Counted from the first letter of the stretch, positions 47,647 to 57,349 are shown. The stretch is 64,000 nucleotides of DNA from a virus (IMGVR_UViG_3300032030_000024:59591-123590), one strand, 5' to 3'. The notes: generated by a model from the letters alone, not told the origin. Numbers and translations are program-made.

Positions 47647-48414
47647 TTATCGTATTAGTTTGTTCACTTCCTTCTTCACCTTGTCAACATACCCCTCTGT
47701 CATTTCGATGAAGTTCACGCATCGCTTCTTTGAGAGGGCGTAAATGAGCAGCGGGTTGTGCACCACGGCGATAATCTGCGTGTGCGGCTTGTGGAAGGAC
47801 AAGATGGCCTTTATATGCCCAATGTTCTCAAGCGACAGGTTCCTGTCAGGCTCGTCCATGAGGACTGTCCACTCGTCATCGCACGTCACGCGGTGCTTCT
47901 CCGTATAGTCAAAGTAAGGTGCTGCCCATCCTCCCCTGAACTGCCCGTAGTCAAAGGTCAGCCCGGCATCCTTGCTGAACATATACTGGAACAGCGAGTT
48001 CAGTGCAATCACCACTCCCTCGCCTGTGGAAGAAGACTTCTGGCCGACAAGAGCCGCGAAGTCATGTCGGCTCATCATTGCCTCTTCACCGACGCGCTCC
48101 CCGCTGTGGCAGAGCCTGAAAGTGTTCTTCGTGTAGTCGGCATAGGCATCCACACCGTCGGGAACTTTGTCGCCAAATCCCATGACTCGGCTGACATTGC
48201 TGTTGTAGGTTCCGCGCTCGCACCTGCTGTACCCCACCATGAGATAATCCTCCATAAGCCTCAGGAGCGTTGTCTTTCCGCTTCCGTTCTCGCCGACGAT
48301 GACGTTCACACCGGGCTTGAAGCAGTATTCCTTCCCGTTGGCGAAGCTCTTCAGCTCGGACAAGTACCCGACAGGCGAACGCCTGTTGTCCCTTATGGCC
48401 ACCTTTGTTATCAT
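47647..48414 (-). CDS. ABC/AAA_21-type ATPase
   Basis: VIVGENGSGKTT, SSTGE signature-like, VLMDEPD, H-loop VHNP. Confidence 0.85.
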   Translation of the reverse strand: MITKVAIRDNRRSPVGYLSELKSFANGKEYCFKPGVNVIVGENGSGKTTLLRLMEDYLMVGYSRCERGTYNSNVSRVMGFGDKVPDGVDAYADYTKNTFRLCHSGERVGEEAMMSRHDFAALVGQKSSSTGEGVVIALNSLFQYMFSKDAGLTFDYGQFRGGWAAPYFDYTEKHRVTCDDEWTVLMDEPDRNLSLENIGHIKAILSFHKPHTQIIAVVHNPLLIYALSKKRCVNFIEMTEGYVDKVKKEVNKLIR

Positions 48415-48535
48415 TGTCTATAAAACGTGCGCACCCTCGAAAGTACTGCTACTACTCCGAAGGTGCGCCACTTAACCTTATTCTTTATTTTCTCTTATGG
48501 CAACGGGTAGCAGCCGTTTGTCTTGTTCGTGGGTG

Positions 48536-48659
48536 CAAAATTACATAGAAATATTTAAAGACAAAACATTATATATGCTAAATATGCAAAAGAGATTATT
48601 AAAATAGTTTAAATAACAAATATATATGCTTATCATATCAAATATATTGCATACCTTTG
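48536..48659. promoter_or_regulatory. major divergent promoter region, AT-rich, ATATGC repeats (possible origin-proximal region)
   Basis: caaaatta 48536-48543 (-) and tacctttg 48652-48659 (+) at the strand-switch point. Confidence 0.65.
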
Positions 48660-48776
48660 CATCTGCAAACGTGTGGTGGCGAATGCGTCATTGTAGACTT
48701 TTAGCTCGGATGAGTTTCAAGTATATACGTAAGAAAAACCGCAAGAGACCACCACCTCTTGTGGTTTTTGTTGTTT

Positions 48777-49589
48777 ATGAAGAATATAAGACGGAGGATA
48801 ATAAATGACATTGAAGGCAGTCCGCTCAAACAGAGGGCGGTGGCCTTTGCATTGCTCTTGAAGGAACTGACCAAGGACTCCTCCGTTATCCACAACTACA
48901 CCGTGAACAAAGTTTGTCAGATGACAAGGGTTGAGTGCCAAAAGAACAAGAAGAACAGACGTGGCTTTACCATGATGCATGCCAAGACTGTCAGCAAGTA
49001 CGTTGACGTGCTGATAAAGATGGGGCTGGTTTATATCGACGGTAAGGGAAACCTGTTCCTAAAGAAAATGGCCTCCGACAACAAGCACAGGAATCTCAAC
49101 ATATCCAAGTTCATGATTGACAAGACCAAGAATATCTACAACCAGATAAGAGACCTCATATTCCTGCTCGTACAGGCACAAAAGGACTTCATCAATAGTC
49201 TCCTTCGACTGCGCAAAGAGCCGACACCAGATGTCGACTTGAAAAAGGTGCGCAGGCTCTGCAAGAAGTGCTGCGATGACCCTAATGCCGAATACAAGGA
49301 ATATGGGGTCTCTTACCGTCGTATAGCAAGGTCGGTGGGCTGCTGTGCAAGGACAGCGGTGAACGTCGTGAACGATGCCATAAAACGGAACTGGTGTACC
49401 AAGACCAACAACTGTGAACGTATACCCATCCAAGGTGCCAACTTTGATGAGCTGCCAGGGTTCACTTTCCTCAGTAGGGGCTATGGATACATCATCCGTT
49501 CCAACACGTACACTCTTGCCCGTGCGTGGTCGAGTGCGCTGGTTGCGGATGCTTCGCGGGTGTGCGCTAAGAGGTATGGTATTTTATAA
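48777..49589 (+). CDS. basic winged-helix protein, possible replication initiator
   Basis: Two HTH-like segments (KTVSKYVDVLIKMGLV; SYRRIARSVGCCARTA); first gene of rightward arm. Confidence 0.45.
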   Translation: MKNIRRRIINDIEGSPLKQRAVAFALLLKELTKDSSVIHNYTVNKVCQMTRVECQKNKKNRRGFTMMHAKTVSKYVDVLIKMGLVYIDGKGNLFLKKMASDNKHRNLNISKFMIDKTKNIYNQIRDLIFLLVQAQKDFINSLLRLRKEPTPDVDLKKVRRLCKKCCDDPNAEYKEYGVSYRRIARSVGCCARTAVNVVNDAIKRNWCTKTNNCERIPIQGANFDELPGFTFLSRGYGYIIRSNTYTLARAWSSALVADASRVCAKRYGIL

Positions 49590-49614
49590 TTACGGAAAAA
49601 AGTGAAGGTGAAAA

Positions 49615-49812
49615 ATGGAGGTAGGTGATGAGTTTGAATACAACGGCAAAAGGTACGTTGTAGAAAAGGAAAAATCAGAATTTTCCTGTGACGGATGTGT
49701 TATAGGTGTAATATTGTCAAAAGGCCAGCATGGTTGCGGAGCGAGGAGTACAGATAAGATATTCGGTAGTTGCAAGCACGACCATGTTATTTTCAAATAC
49801 AAGAAAGCATAG
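49615..49812 (+). CDS. small Cys-rich hypothetical protein
   Basis: EVGDEFEYNG...CDGC. Confidence 0.55.
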   Translation: MEVGDEFEYNGKRYVVEKEKSEFSCDGCVIGVILSKGQHGCGARSTDKIFGSCKHDHVIFKYKKA

Positions 49813-49816
49813 GCAC

Positions 49817-50059
49817 ATGGAAATACGCTTCATAGACGGCTGTACGGCCAAGGTTGTCGAGGTTGACGGCGTGGAGTACGACAACAGCGACAAGGAGCGC
49901 GACACGGCCATCAGAAAGGCTCTGGCGGGCTTTGTGACAACACAGTACGACATCATACCGCTGCTCGCGTTTATCGCGGAGCACTACGGGTATGCAGAAG
50001 ACCCCGTGAAGTGTCAGCAGTGCGGGGAATGGATAGAGGAATATCAAATAGACATTTGA
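49817..50059 (+). CDS. hypothetical protein with CxxC
   Basis: ORF in co-oriented run. Confidence 0.55.
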   Translation: MEIRFIDGCTAKVVEVDGVEYDNSDKERDTAIRKALAGFVTTQYDIIPLLAFIAEHYGYAEDPVKCQQCGEWIEEYQIDI

Positions 50060-50064
50060 ATAAC

Positions 50065-50547
50065 ATGAGCAACAACGAGAAGAAACTTGAGCGCATCACA
50101 GCGCTATTGGAAGAGATGGGGCTTGGCTACAAGCGTAACCACCACAGCAGGTTTAATGACGTGGACATCGACATCTACGTGCCGAAGTACCGCATCGCCG
50201 TGTTCGACGGACAGACACAGGAGAAGTTCGACAAGGTGAAAGGAAAGTACGCACCCCTGTTCGTCAGGGATGAGGAGACGGAGGACTTCGTCATTGAGAA
50301 GATGGTCAACCTCCTTGGCCAGCGTGAGAAGAAGCTGCAACGGCTTCTGGAGAACTTGGAGAAGCGCAAGGCCAACCTCATCTACGCCGAGGAGTGCGAG
50401 CGCAGGCATCAGGAGAGGCTTGCAAGGCGTGAGGCTGCACAGGCGGCACAGGCCGAGCGCAGGCGCATCAGGGAGGAGAAGGCCGCTGCCAAGGCAAAGG
50501 CTGAACGACCGAAGAGAAAAAGGATAGTACGTTACGAGAAAGTGTAG
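50065..50547 (+). CDS. hypothetical protein (degenerate PD-(D/E)XK-like N-terminus, coiled-coil tail)
   Basis: DIDIYVPKYRIAVFDG. Confidence 0.55.
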   Translation: MSNNEKKLERITALLEEMGLGYKRNHHSRFNDVDIDIYVPKYRIAVFDGQTQEKFDKVKGKYAPLFVRDEETEDFVIEKMVNLLGQREKKLQRLLENLEKRKANLIYAEECERRHQERLARREAAQAAQAERRRIREEKAAAKAKAERPKRKRIVRYEKV

Positions 50548-50555
50548 GAGGAGCT

Positions 50556-50915
50556 ATGAACGGAAAAGAACTGTACTTTGTGAACGGCTACGGCATAAAG
50601 GTGAAGAAGTGCTGCGCGTCATGCAGCCACATGCAGCCAGACCACAAGACACGCATCTGCCTGAACGGAGAGGGCACGGTGTCCCCGAAGTCCTACTGCC
50701 TCGACTGGGAGCTCCGCAAGGGGCTCGACAACGCAGGGAAGGGCAACGGCAGCGTGAAGACAGACGGCTACCTGCAACACTGCCTCGGCATACTTGAAGA
50801 AGACAATGCGAAGGCCATCGAGTGCGCACAGAAGAAGGTAGCGTTCAGGAGGCGGACACTGGAGAACATACGCACGGCATACAGGGAAAAGCACGGTGAC
50901 ATATACGCTCTATGA
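50556..50915 (+). CDS. Cys-rich hypothetical protein
   Basis: CCASCSH...C...C. Confidence 0.6.
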   Translation: MNGKELYFVNGYGIKVKKCCASCSHMQPDHKTRICLNGEGTVSPKSYCLDWELRKGLDNAGKGNGSVKTDGYLQHCLGILEEDNAKAIECAQKKVAFRRRTLENIRTAYREKHGDIYAL

Positions 50916-51742
50916 AGAAGAACTCATATACCTCATTCGGCTACATCGAGGACGATTCCAAGCTCGCCTTGATGTTCAACGCCATCATGAAGCGGCTGTC
51001 CCCCATGCGCATGCTCTGCGCCCCCGTGTCGTTCCGCAAGGAAGAGAGCATCGCCGGCTTTCAGGATGAGAAGTTCTGCGACTTCTGCCGCTACGAGCTG
51101 TGGATGCACTCGGTCGTCGACCGCCTGAACCGATGGCAGGAAAGGCTGTGCGACTACTTCGTGGAGTACGGCGGCTCGTGGAAGTACTACGCTGCAAGCA
51201 ACAGGCTCTCAAGCATCAGCGAGTACGGTGGCGAGGGCAGCGACTACGATGCTGGCGGCATCATACGCACGGAAGGGCTCACGGATGACGAATACGAGCC
51301 GTACACCATCGTCCGCGAGCTCTACGGTGAGGACTGTATCGACATCGTGCAGGACACGCTTCCCCAAGACCTTAACGGCCTGTGCTCCGACCTTGTGGCC
51401 AACTCACGCATAGACATACTGAAGGGACTCAGGGAGGTGTTCGGGAAGAACGTGCAGGCATTCCATCAGGACGAGAACGGCGAAATGAAGCCGCTGTCAC
51501 AGGAGGAGCACGACCTTGACATGGTGTCGGGACAGGTGGCCGCAGAGGATGACTCCAAACGACTCATGGGCGTAATCGGATGTATGCACGGCATCTTCCA
51601 CATCATCCGTTCCTGCAAGTACAACGACGACAACACGGAGCTGCTGCAAATGGTGCAGGACGCTTCCGCAGGAATGCTTGCGCTCGACTGGAACGTCATG
51701 GAGAACGTGATGAAGCAATACAGGGACAAATACGTAAAGTGA
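50912..51742 (+). CDS. hypothetical protein
   Basis: 276-aa ORF, ATGA overlap. Confidence 0.65.
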   Translation: MKKNSYTSFGYIEDDSKLALMFNAIMKRLSPMRMLCAPVSFRKEESIAGFQDEKFCDFCRYELWMHSVVDRLNRWQERLCDYFVEYGGSWKYYAASNRLSSISEYGGEGSDYDAGGIIRTEGLTDDEYEPYTIVRELYGEDCIDIVQDTLPQDLNGLCSDLVANSRIDILKGLREVFGKNVQAFHQDENGEMKPLSQEEHDLDMVSGQVAAEDDSKRLMGVIGCMHGIFHIIRSCKYNDDNTELLQMVQDASAGMLALDWNVMENVMKQYRDKYVK

Positions 51743-51779
51743 TTTTCAAATAACATGTCTTACTAAAAAACGAAAACAA

Positions 51780-52112
51780 ATGGAAGTAACAGTAGTTGAA
51801 CTTTTGAACCAGATGGCAGTAGCCATCCCGTCAATCCTCGTAGGAACGCAAATCATCACAGCCGCTGTGCACGGCGCGTTCAGTATCAAGGACAAGAACG
51901 TCGTCCATGCTATCTCATGGATTGTCGCCACGCTGGTCGGCCTCGGCTTCGTGGCCTTCAACGGCCTCGACTTCGGACTGCCCGCAGCGTGGAACTATGT
52001 CGTGGGCGGCATCTGCGGTGTCATCGTCGGCGGTGCATCCAACGGTGTGTACGACTGGCCGCTGGTGGGCAAGATTCTCGATGCCGTAACGTTAGTGTTC
52101 ACGAGAAAATGA
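51780..52112 (+). CDS. 3-TM membrane protein, holin-like
   Basis: Three hydrophobic helices, G..SNGVYD motif; followed by hairpin near 52120-52150. Confidence 0.55.
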   Translation: MEVTVVELLNQMAVAIPSILVGTQIITAAVHGAFSIKDKNVVHAISWIVATLVGLGFVAFNGLDFGLPAAWNYVVGGICGVIVGGASNGVYDWPLVGKILDAVTLVFTRK

Positions 52113-52170
52113 AAGGGCAGGATGTGGCATCGGGAAACGGTGTCACATCCTGACACCATTGCCAATAGCG

Positions 52171-52587
52171 ATGAGAACCGTCTACACAAGCGTTGAGGGG
52201 CTGCACCTGCCAGGCATAGAGGTGAAGGACGTGAGAGATCTGCCGCCGATGAAGCGGGAATGGGTCGCGGCCACGATGAAGCGGCTGATGCATAACACCG
52301 TCCTGCCTGAGCGCGTCGCGGCGAAGATGACAGCTGCGTTCGAGACGAAGCCCATACGACAGGCGTTCTTCATGATACGCAAGCGGTGCTACTTCCTTGA
52401 CTTCTTCCTGACGCAGTACATGGTTGCCGTGGAGATAGACGGCTCGGTGCACAGGCTGACGAAAGAGCACGACCGCAGGCGCGACGCGGACTTCCGCAGC
52501 ATCGGCATACGCACCATACGCATCAGGAACAAGGACGTGATGGAAGGCAGGTTCTACGAGAAACTTTTCAAACGCCTTTATCTATGA
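52171..52587 (+). CDS. DUF559 / Vsr-like endonuclease domain protein
   Basis: YFLDFF....VAVEIDGSVH....HDRRRD..FRSIGIRTIRIRN. Confidence 0.8.
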   Translation: MRTVYTSVEGLHLPGIEVKDVRDLPPMKREWVAATMKRLMHNTVLPERVAAKMTAAFETKPIRQAFFMIRKRCYFLDFFLTQYMVAVEIDGSVHRLTKEHDRRRDADFRSIGIRTIRIRNKDVMEGRFYEKLFKRLYL

Positions 52588-52720
52588 ACAGAGACTACAC
52601 CTACTGCAAGGGAAAGGGCTGTGCACTCCGCGTGAGGTGCAGACGGTACACCGAGGGACGGAACGTCCCGACAACCGGTTTCGGGTGGTGGTTAGAACAG
52701 TGTGATGAAGAAACAAGGGA

Positions 52721-52951
52721 ATGTTACGACGAGCTATGAGCATAATATCTTTTTTCAAGAGAGACCGCACGAAAGAGGCTACCGCTGCCGCACAGAACCT
52801 CTTTCAGGTTAAGGAACATGGCGGCGAGCTGTGGATGACATACGACGGATGGCTTGTCTGTCCGTGCTCCATGATGAAGGACGAACCCGTTGATGCCGTC
52901 ACGAGAATGAGACAACTTTACATATCACGCGAATCATACAACAGACAGTAA
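52721..52951 (+). CDS. hypothetical protein
   Basis: ORF in co-oriented run. Confidence 0.5.
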   Translation: MLRRAMSIISFFKRDRTKEATAAAQNLFQVKEHGGELWMTYDGWLVCPCSMMKDEPVDAVTRMRQLYISRESYNRQ

Positions 52952-53307
52952 TGAAACATAGAATAGCAGCATGGCTGGTCGGCATCGCAAGACGGCTTGA
53001 CCCGCAGAAAAAGTATGAGTTTATCGAGCAGTACGAACCCGTGCAGCTCGGAGTAGGCTACCACATCAGCAAGCAGGACGTGCGGAAGTTCCGCAAGACG
53101 CACGAGGAGTACACCTCGCACCGCAAGGGGCTTGACGCACTCGTCGGGGACACGAAGCAGGTCATAATTGGAAACATCGCAGCAGGGCTCGTGGAGAAAG
53201 GACTGCTGACGTTCAAGGTGAAGAGGTCGCTATGGACTGCCACCGTGGAAGGAAAGGTCGTTGTGTATGCCAAGAAGAAGGAAGCTGGAGAAGAGACCGC
53301 TGACTGA
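52951..53307 (+). CDS. hypothetical protein
   Basis: 118 aa, TAATG coupling. Confidence 0.6.
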   Translation: MKHRIAAWLVGIARRLDPQKKYEFIEQYEPVQLGVGYHISKQDVRKFRKTHEEYTSHRKGLDALVGDTKQVIIGNIAAGLVEKGLLTFKVKRSLWTATVEGKVVVYAKKKEAGEETAD

Positions 53308-53890
53308 CCTCTTCGGCACGTGCATAGGCTACGAGTGCCCTGTAAGGGGAATAAAGCTCGTGGAGTGCGACAAGGCACAGGCTGACAGGATCATCGAGAA
53401 ACACCATTACTCCCACAAGGCTACGCCCAATGCCTTCGTCTCAATGGTGGTGTGGTACGGTGGGAAGGTCAACGGTGCCTTGTCTTGCGGCTACGGCATC
53501 AGACCAGCCATCAAGGAAGGGTTCAACCCTGACGAGGTGCGCGAGTTCGACCGTATGTGGCTCAGTGATGACATGCCGAAGTTCTCGGAAACGATTGTCC
53601 TCAGCCTCTTTCACCACTACCTCCGTGCAGCCCACCCCGAAGTGAAGGTGCTGATAAGCTATGCCGATACCTCCGTCGGGAACACAGGGACGATATACCG
53701 TGCCGCCAACTACACGCTCATAGACCGCTTGAAGGTGGACTTCTACCAGACGGCCACAGGAGAGAGAATACACCCCGTCTCAATGTGGCATCGCCACGGA
53801 ACAAGGGTATGGGACTTCCTACAGAAGGAATATCCGGGCATCACCCATATAACCAACGGAGAGCAGCTTAAATTCATAAAATACCTTTGA
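53261..53890 (+). CDS. Mom-like (GNAT fold) DNA adenine-modification protein
   Basis: HHYSH, EFDRMWL.D..PK.SE, ISYAD..GNTGTIYRAANY resemble phage Mu Mom family motifs. Confidence 0.75.
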   Translation: MCMPRRRKLEKRPLTDLFGTCIGYECPVRGIKLVECDKAQADRIIEKHHYSHKATPNAFVSMVVWYGGKVNGALSCGYGIRPAIKEGFNPDEVREFDRMWLSDDMPKFSETIVLSLFHHYLRAAHPEVKVLISYADTSVGNTGTIYRAANYTLIDRLKVDFYQTATGERIHPVSMWHRHGTRVWDFLQKEYPGITHITNGEQLKFIKYL

Positions 53891-53891
53891 C

Positions 53892-54092
53892 ATGCCACCA
53901 AGAAAGAAAGCCCCTATCAGTGAAGAGATACACTACTGCCGTGAATGCGCCCATGTAACCCCTGTCATGGCGTTCAACACGCTTACCGTCCACGGACAGC
54001 TGCCGACACTCGGACGCTGCCATTACTGGACGCAGAGCAGGTCTGTGCTGCTCTCTGAAAGGGCGTGTGACCACTACAAGAAGAAGATATGA
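53892..54092 (+). CDS. small Cys-rich protein
   Basis: CRECAH...GRC...AC. Confidence 0.55.
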   Translation: MPPRKKAPISEEIHYCRECAHVTPVMAFNTLTVHGQLPTLGRCHYWTQSRSVLLSERACDHYKKKI

Positions 54093-54143
54093 ACACGCCC
54101 ACATTATATATAATATGCGCAAAATGCGGCCTGAAATGTGTCT

Positions 54144-54218
54144 AAAAGCTAAAGATATGCCATATATGCAAAATAGAGCTAACATATTTGCATAATAAAG
54201 ACTTAATTTGTACCTTTG
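54144..54218 (+). promoter_or_regulatory. promoter (-33 TTTG, -7 TACCTTTG) with GCTAAA box and ATATGC repeats
   Basis: gctaaa 54148-54153; tacctttg 54211-54218. Confidence 0.75.
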
Positions 54219-54280
54219 TATCAACCAAACGAAACAACCCTTTTAAACCGGGCGGCCAGGGTTATAGCCGCGAGACGAGT

Positions 54281-54610
54281 ATGAAGACAAAGAACCAGCA
54301 CCTCAGCGAGATTTTTACCCTTGCCTGGCAGTTCGTGAAAAAGAATGGTTTCACCATGAGCGAGGCACTGAAGCAGGCATGGCAGAACTATAAGCTGCGC
54401 TGTGCCATGATACAGAGAATCGTGAAGTTCTACTTCGTCAAGGTGGATGGATCTACCCGCGAGGCATACGGTACTTTAAGAGCCGACATGCTGCCCACTA
54501 CCACGGGTGACGGACGCAAGCCGAATCCAACCGTACAGGTCTACTTCGACACCGAGAAACAAGAGTTCAGGTGTTTTAAGAAGGCTAACCTCATGAGAAT
54601 CGCATACTAA
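54281..54610 (+). CDS. WYL_2 / DUF2693 SH3-like beta-barrel protein
   Basis: SEALKQAW, VKFYFVKVDGSTREAYGTL, YFDTEKQEFRCFKKANL. Confidence 0.8.
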   Translation: MKTKNQHLSEIFTLAWQFVKKNGFTMSEALKQAWQNYKLRCAMIQRIVKFYFVKVDGSTREAYGTLRADMLPTTTGDGRKPNPTVQVYFDTEKQEFRCFKKANLMRIAY

Positions 54611-54792
54611 CCCCTTTAAACCCATTTCAGCTATGAATACCCTGAAAGCAATATGCAACGTCTTTGACAAGGACATCGCCACCGAGAACTTCACCAAGAG
54701 AGAGTTTGTAATCTTCGGCATCAAAGTCCCGCTCGCCCTCATAGCAGCCTGCGTGTTGGCCGATTACCTGTTCAACCGATAACTATACCACT

Positions 54793-55098
54793 ATGGAGAG
54801 AATAACGCTTACAGAGGCACAGAAAGCCCGAATAATGGCAAGCCTTGCCGAGTACCACGACGAGAGCGGACGCTTCGACATTGACATCGACCTTGACGGC
54901 AACCTGACCGTCAACGCCAAGGGCAGGGTGGAGATAGAGACCGAGACCGAGTACGACTACTACGGGCTTGTGTACGACATATTCGAGACAAGCCGATACG
55001 CAGAGGTGGAGCTGACCGCCTATGACGAGGACGGCAACGAGTACGAGGTAGATGCCGACACAAAGAATAAGACCACACAATACCTGAACGCAGCATGA
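54793..55098 (+). CDS. acidic hypothetical protein
   Basis: 101 aa, D/E-rich. Confidence 0.6.
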   Translation: MERITLTEAQKARIMASLAEYHDESGRFDIDIDLDGNLTVNAKGRVEIETETEYDYYGLVYDIFETSRYAEVELTAYDEDGNEYEVDADTKNKTTQYLNAA

Positions 55099-55295
55099 GA
55101 CAGAAACAATACAACAGGACGGCATCGGACTACGCCGAGAAGATAAAGAAGATGGGCTATTCCATCAGTTTTAACTGGACTGACCCCAACGGTGGCTTCT
55201 ACGAGGACGTGACGGTTCGCGGTGACTTGTGGAGAGGCTACGGCACGGAGTTTCCGACACCCCGCAAGGCTTACGAGTACATACGACAGCATTAA
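55095..55295 (+). CDS. hypothetical protein
   Basis: ATGA-coupled 66-aa ORF. Confidence 0.55.
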   Translation: MRQKQYNRTASDYAEKIKKMGYSISFNWTDPNGGFYEDVTVRGDLWRGYGTEFPTPRKAYEYIRQH

Positions 55296-55337
55296 AGGTA
55301 ACGGTGGTCTAACCAGCCGCCACAAAAACTTAAAGAT

Positions 55338-55577
55338 ATGAATATCATTACCAAGTACAACGAAGGCGACGCGGTGTATACCATCGACACCAACTCCCTT
55401 AAAGTGAAAGGATTTGTGGTGAAGCGCATCACCACCTACACGACAAAAGGCGAAACAAGCGTCACGCTCTACGACAGCGAGTCCTACACAGGCAACGGGT
55501 ATCCGGAGAACAAGTGCTTCGCGAGCGAGAAGGAGCTGCTTGAGTTCATCACCACGATAGACGAGCCGACGGTATGA
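55338..55577 (+). CDS. hypothetical protein
   Basis: ITKYNEGDAVY...FASEKELL. Confidence 0.6.
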   Translation: MNIITKYNEGDAVYTIDTNSLKVKGFVVKRITTYTTKGETSVTLYDSESYTGNGYPENKCFASEKELLEFITTIDEPTV

Positions 55578-55740
55578 AGCCTTACAGACACTTCGAGCTG
55601 ACCATTAAGGAGAAGGGTGGGGCAGTGCTCCATCCATCCTACATGGGATGCGTGGACGAGAAGTTCCTTGTGGACTTCTTCGGACTGAACGACCCGAACG
55701 TAGAATCATACGAAATAAACGAAATAAAACACTAACCTAT

Positions 55741-56262
55741 ATGCAGGTAACAAGTATTGAACAGAGCAGATGGCTTGTCGAGCTTGGGCTTGACTGCAAG
55801 ACCGCTGATATGGCTTGGTACATAAATCCGACTGAGCCTAAGACTGAGCTGCTGACAGAGTATTCCGAAACGGTGGCCTCTCTTTTCAAGAAATCCAGAT
55901 CCGCTTGCGAGCATATTCCCGCATGGTCGCTGTCACGGCTGCTTGAACTGATGCCGACAAGGTATCAGATGACGCAAAGCAGCAAAGGCAAGGTGCAGCT
56001 GATGCTCTTAACCGTCCATCGCAAGGACTACTACGAGAACGAGCTTAAAGCGGCATACACCATGATATGCTGGCTGCTTGAGAACGACCTGTTCGACGCA
56101 GAGAAACTGAAGAACTATGTTTCCACAATCCACTGCTGCTTCTGCGGCAAGGAGATAAAAGGAAAAGAGGCGCACAGCGCACAGCCCGTAAGGGACGATG
56201 TCTGCTGCCTGTCATGTAACAATACAATTGTCGTACCCGAAAGAATCAAATTAGTAAAATAA
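55741..56262 (+). CDS. hypothetical protein with C-terminal Zn-finger (paralogue of 39478-39867)
   Basis: TSIEQS..L.ELGLD..TADM; CCFCGK...CCLSCN. Confidence 0.65.
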   Translation: MQVTSIEQSRWLVELGLDCKTADMAWYINPTEPKTELLTEYSETVASLFKKSRSACEHIPAWSLSRLLELMPTRYQMTQSSKGKVQLMLLTVHRKDYYENELKAAYTMICWLLENDLFDAEKLKNYVSTIHCCFCGKEIKGKEAHSAQPVRDDVCCLSCNNTIVVPERIKLVK

Positions 56263-56263
56263 T

Positions 56264-57349
56264 ATGGCACACAACTTAGAGAACAACAACGGTGTATATT
56301 CCTTTGCCGAGAACGGTAGGATAGAACGTGCATGGCACGGGCTGGGACAGGTCTTTGACCGCCCGATGACCGTAAAGGAGGCATTGGAGGCTTCACACGC
56401 AGACTACGAGGTGACGCTTCAGAACGTAATGATGATAACGCCCGCAATCGCCGATGCAATGAAAGGTGGCAGCGTTCCCGCAGACCTTATCCTTGACGCG
56501 CTCATAGAGGGCAAGAAGGCCACCATGCGCACGGACAAGAACACTGCCCTTGGCATCGTCAGCGATTCCTACGGCATCGTTCAGAACCCTGACGCGTTTA
56601 CCTTCATCGACACCCTCTGCACGGGAGGGCTGACCGACCACAAGCCAGTCATCGAGTGCGCGGGTGTCCTCGGCCACGGTGAACGGGTCTTCATAACGGC
56701 AAAGTTCCCCGAAGAGGTCATCCTCGACAACAAGGGCGACGACCGCGTAGAAATGTACATGGTGTTCACCACCTCCCATGACGGCACGGGCAGCGTGAAA
56801 TGCATGGTAACAAATGTGCGCGTGTGCTGCCAAAATACGCTAAACTTTGCGATGCGACATAATACGGGCAGGATTTCGTTCCGTCACTCCACTAACGTAA
56901 TGTCGAACCTTGACTTGCTGAACAAAGAAAACGCTGAGTTTGTGTATAAGACACTTGGTGTTTACAATATTTACCAGAAGTCTTTTAAGGAGTCGCTTGA
57001 ACACCTTAGAAACATCAAAATCTCCGAGCGTGACCTTGATAATATTATCGCTGAACTTACCTTTTCCGAAGAAACGAAGAAGGTGTTTTTAGAAACGAGA
57101 AATATTGAACATGATGACATACCTACACGAAGCCGTAATATATTTATTGGGATGAAAGAGGCTATTCAAGGTGGCATAGGTCAGGACTTAATCGAAAGTG
57201 GAAACGGTCTATGGGCTATCAACGGTGTAACCACATTCTACCAAAACAGCGTTAACTTCAAGAATGAAGAGGCAAAATTCCAAAGTATTATGGATGGTAA
57301 TGTATATAGAAAGGTTCAAAAGGCTTATGACTTATTAACTGTGTTGTAA
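56264..57349 (+). CDS. DUF932/DUF945 phage/plasmid-like protein
   Basis: MAHNLE, AWHGLG, GIVSDSY.IVQN, TSHDGTGS, VRVCCQNTL, LWAINGVT. Confidence 0.88.
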   Translation: MAHNLENNNGVYSFAENGRIERAWHGLGQVFDRPMTVKEALEASHADYEVTLQNVMMITPAIADAMKGGSVPADLILDALIEGKKATMRTDKNTALGIVSDSYGIVQNPDAFTFIDTLCTGGLTDHKPVIECAGVLGHGERVFITAKFPEEVILDNKGDDRVEMYMVFTTSHDGTGSVKCMVTNVRVCCQNTLNFAMRHNTGRISFRHSTNVMSNLDLLNKENAEFVYKTLGVYNIYQKSFKESLEHLRNIKISERDLDNIIAELTFSEETKKVFLETRNIEHDDIPTRSRNIFIGMKEAIQGGIGQDLIESGNGLWAINGVTTFYQNSVNFKNEEAKFQSIMDGNVYRKVQKAYDLLTVL

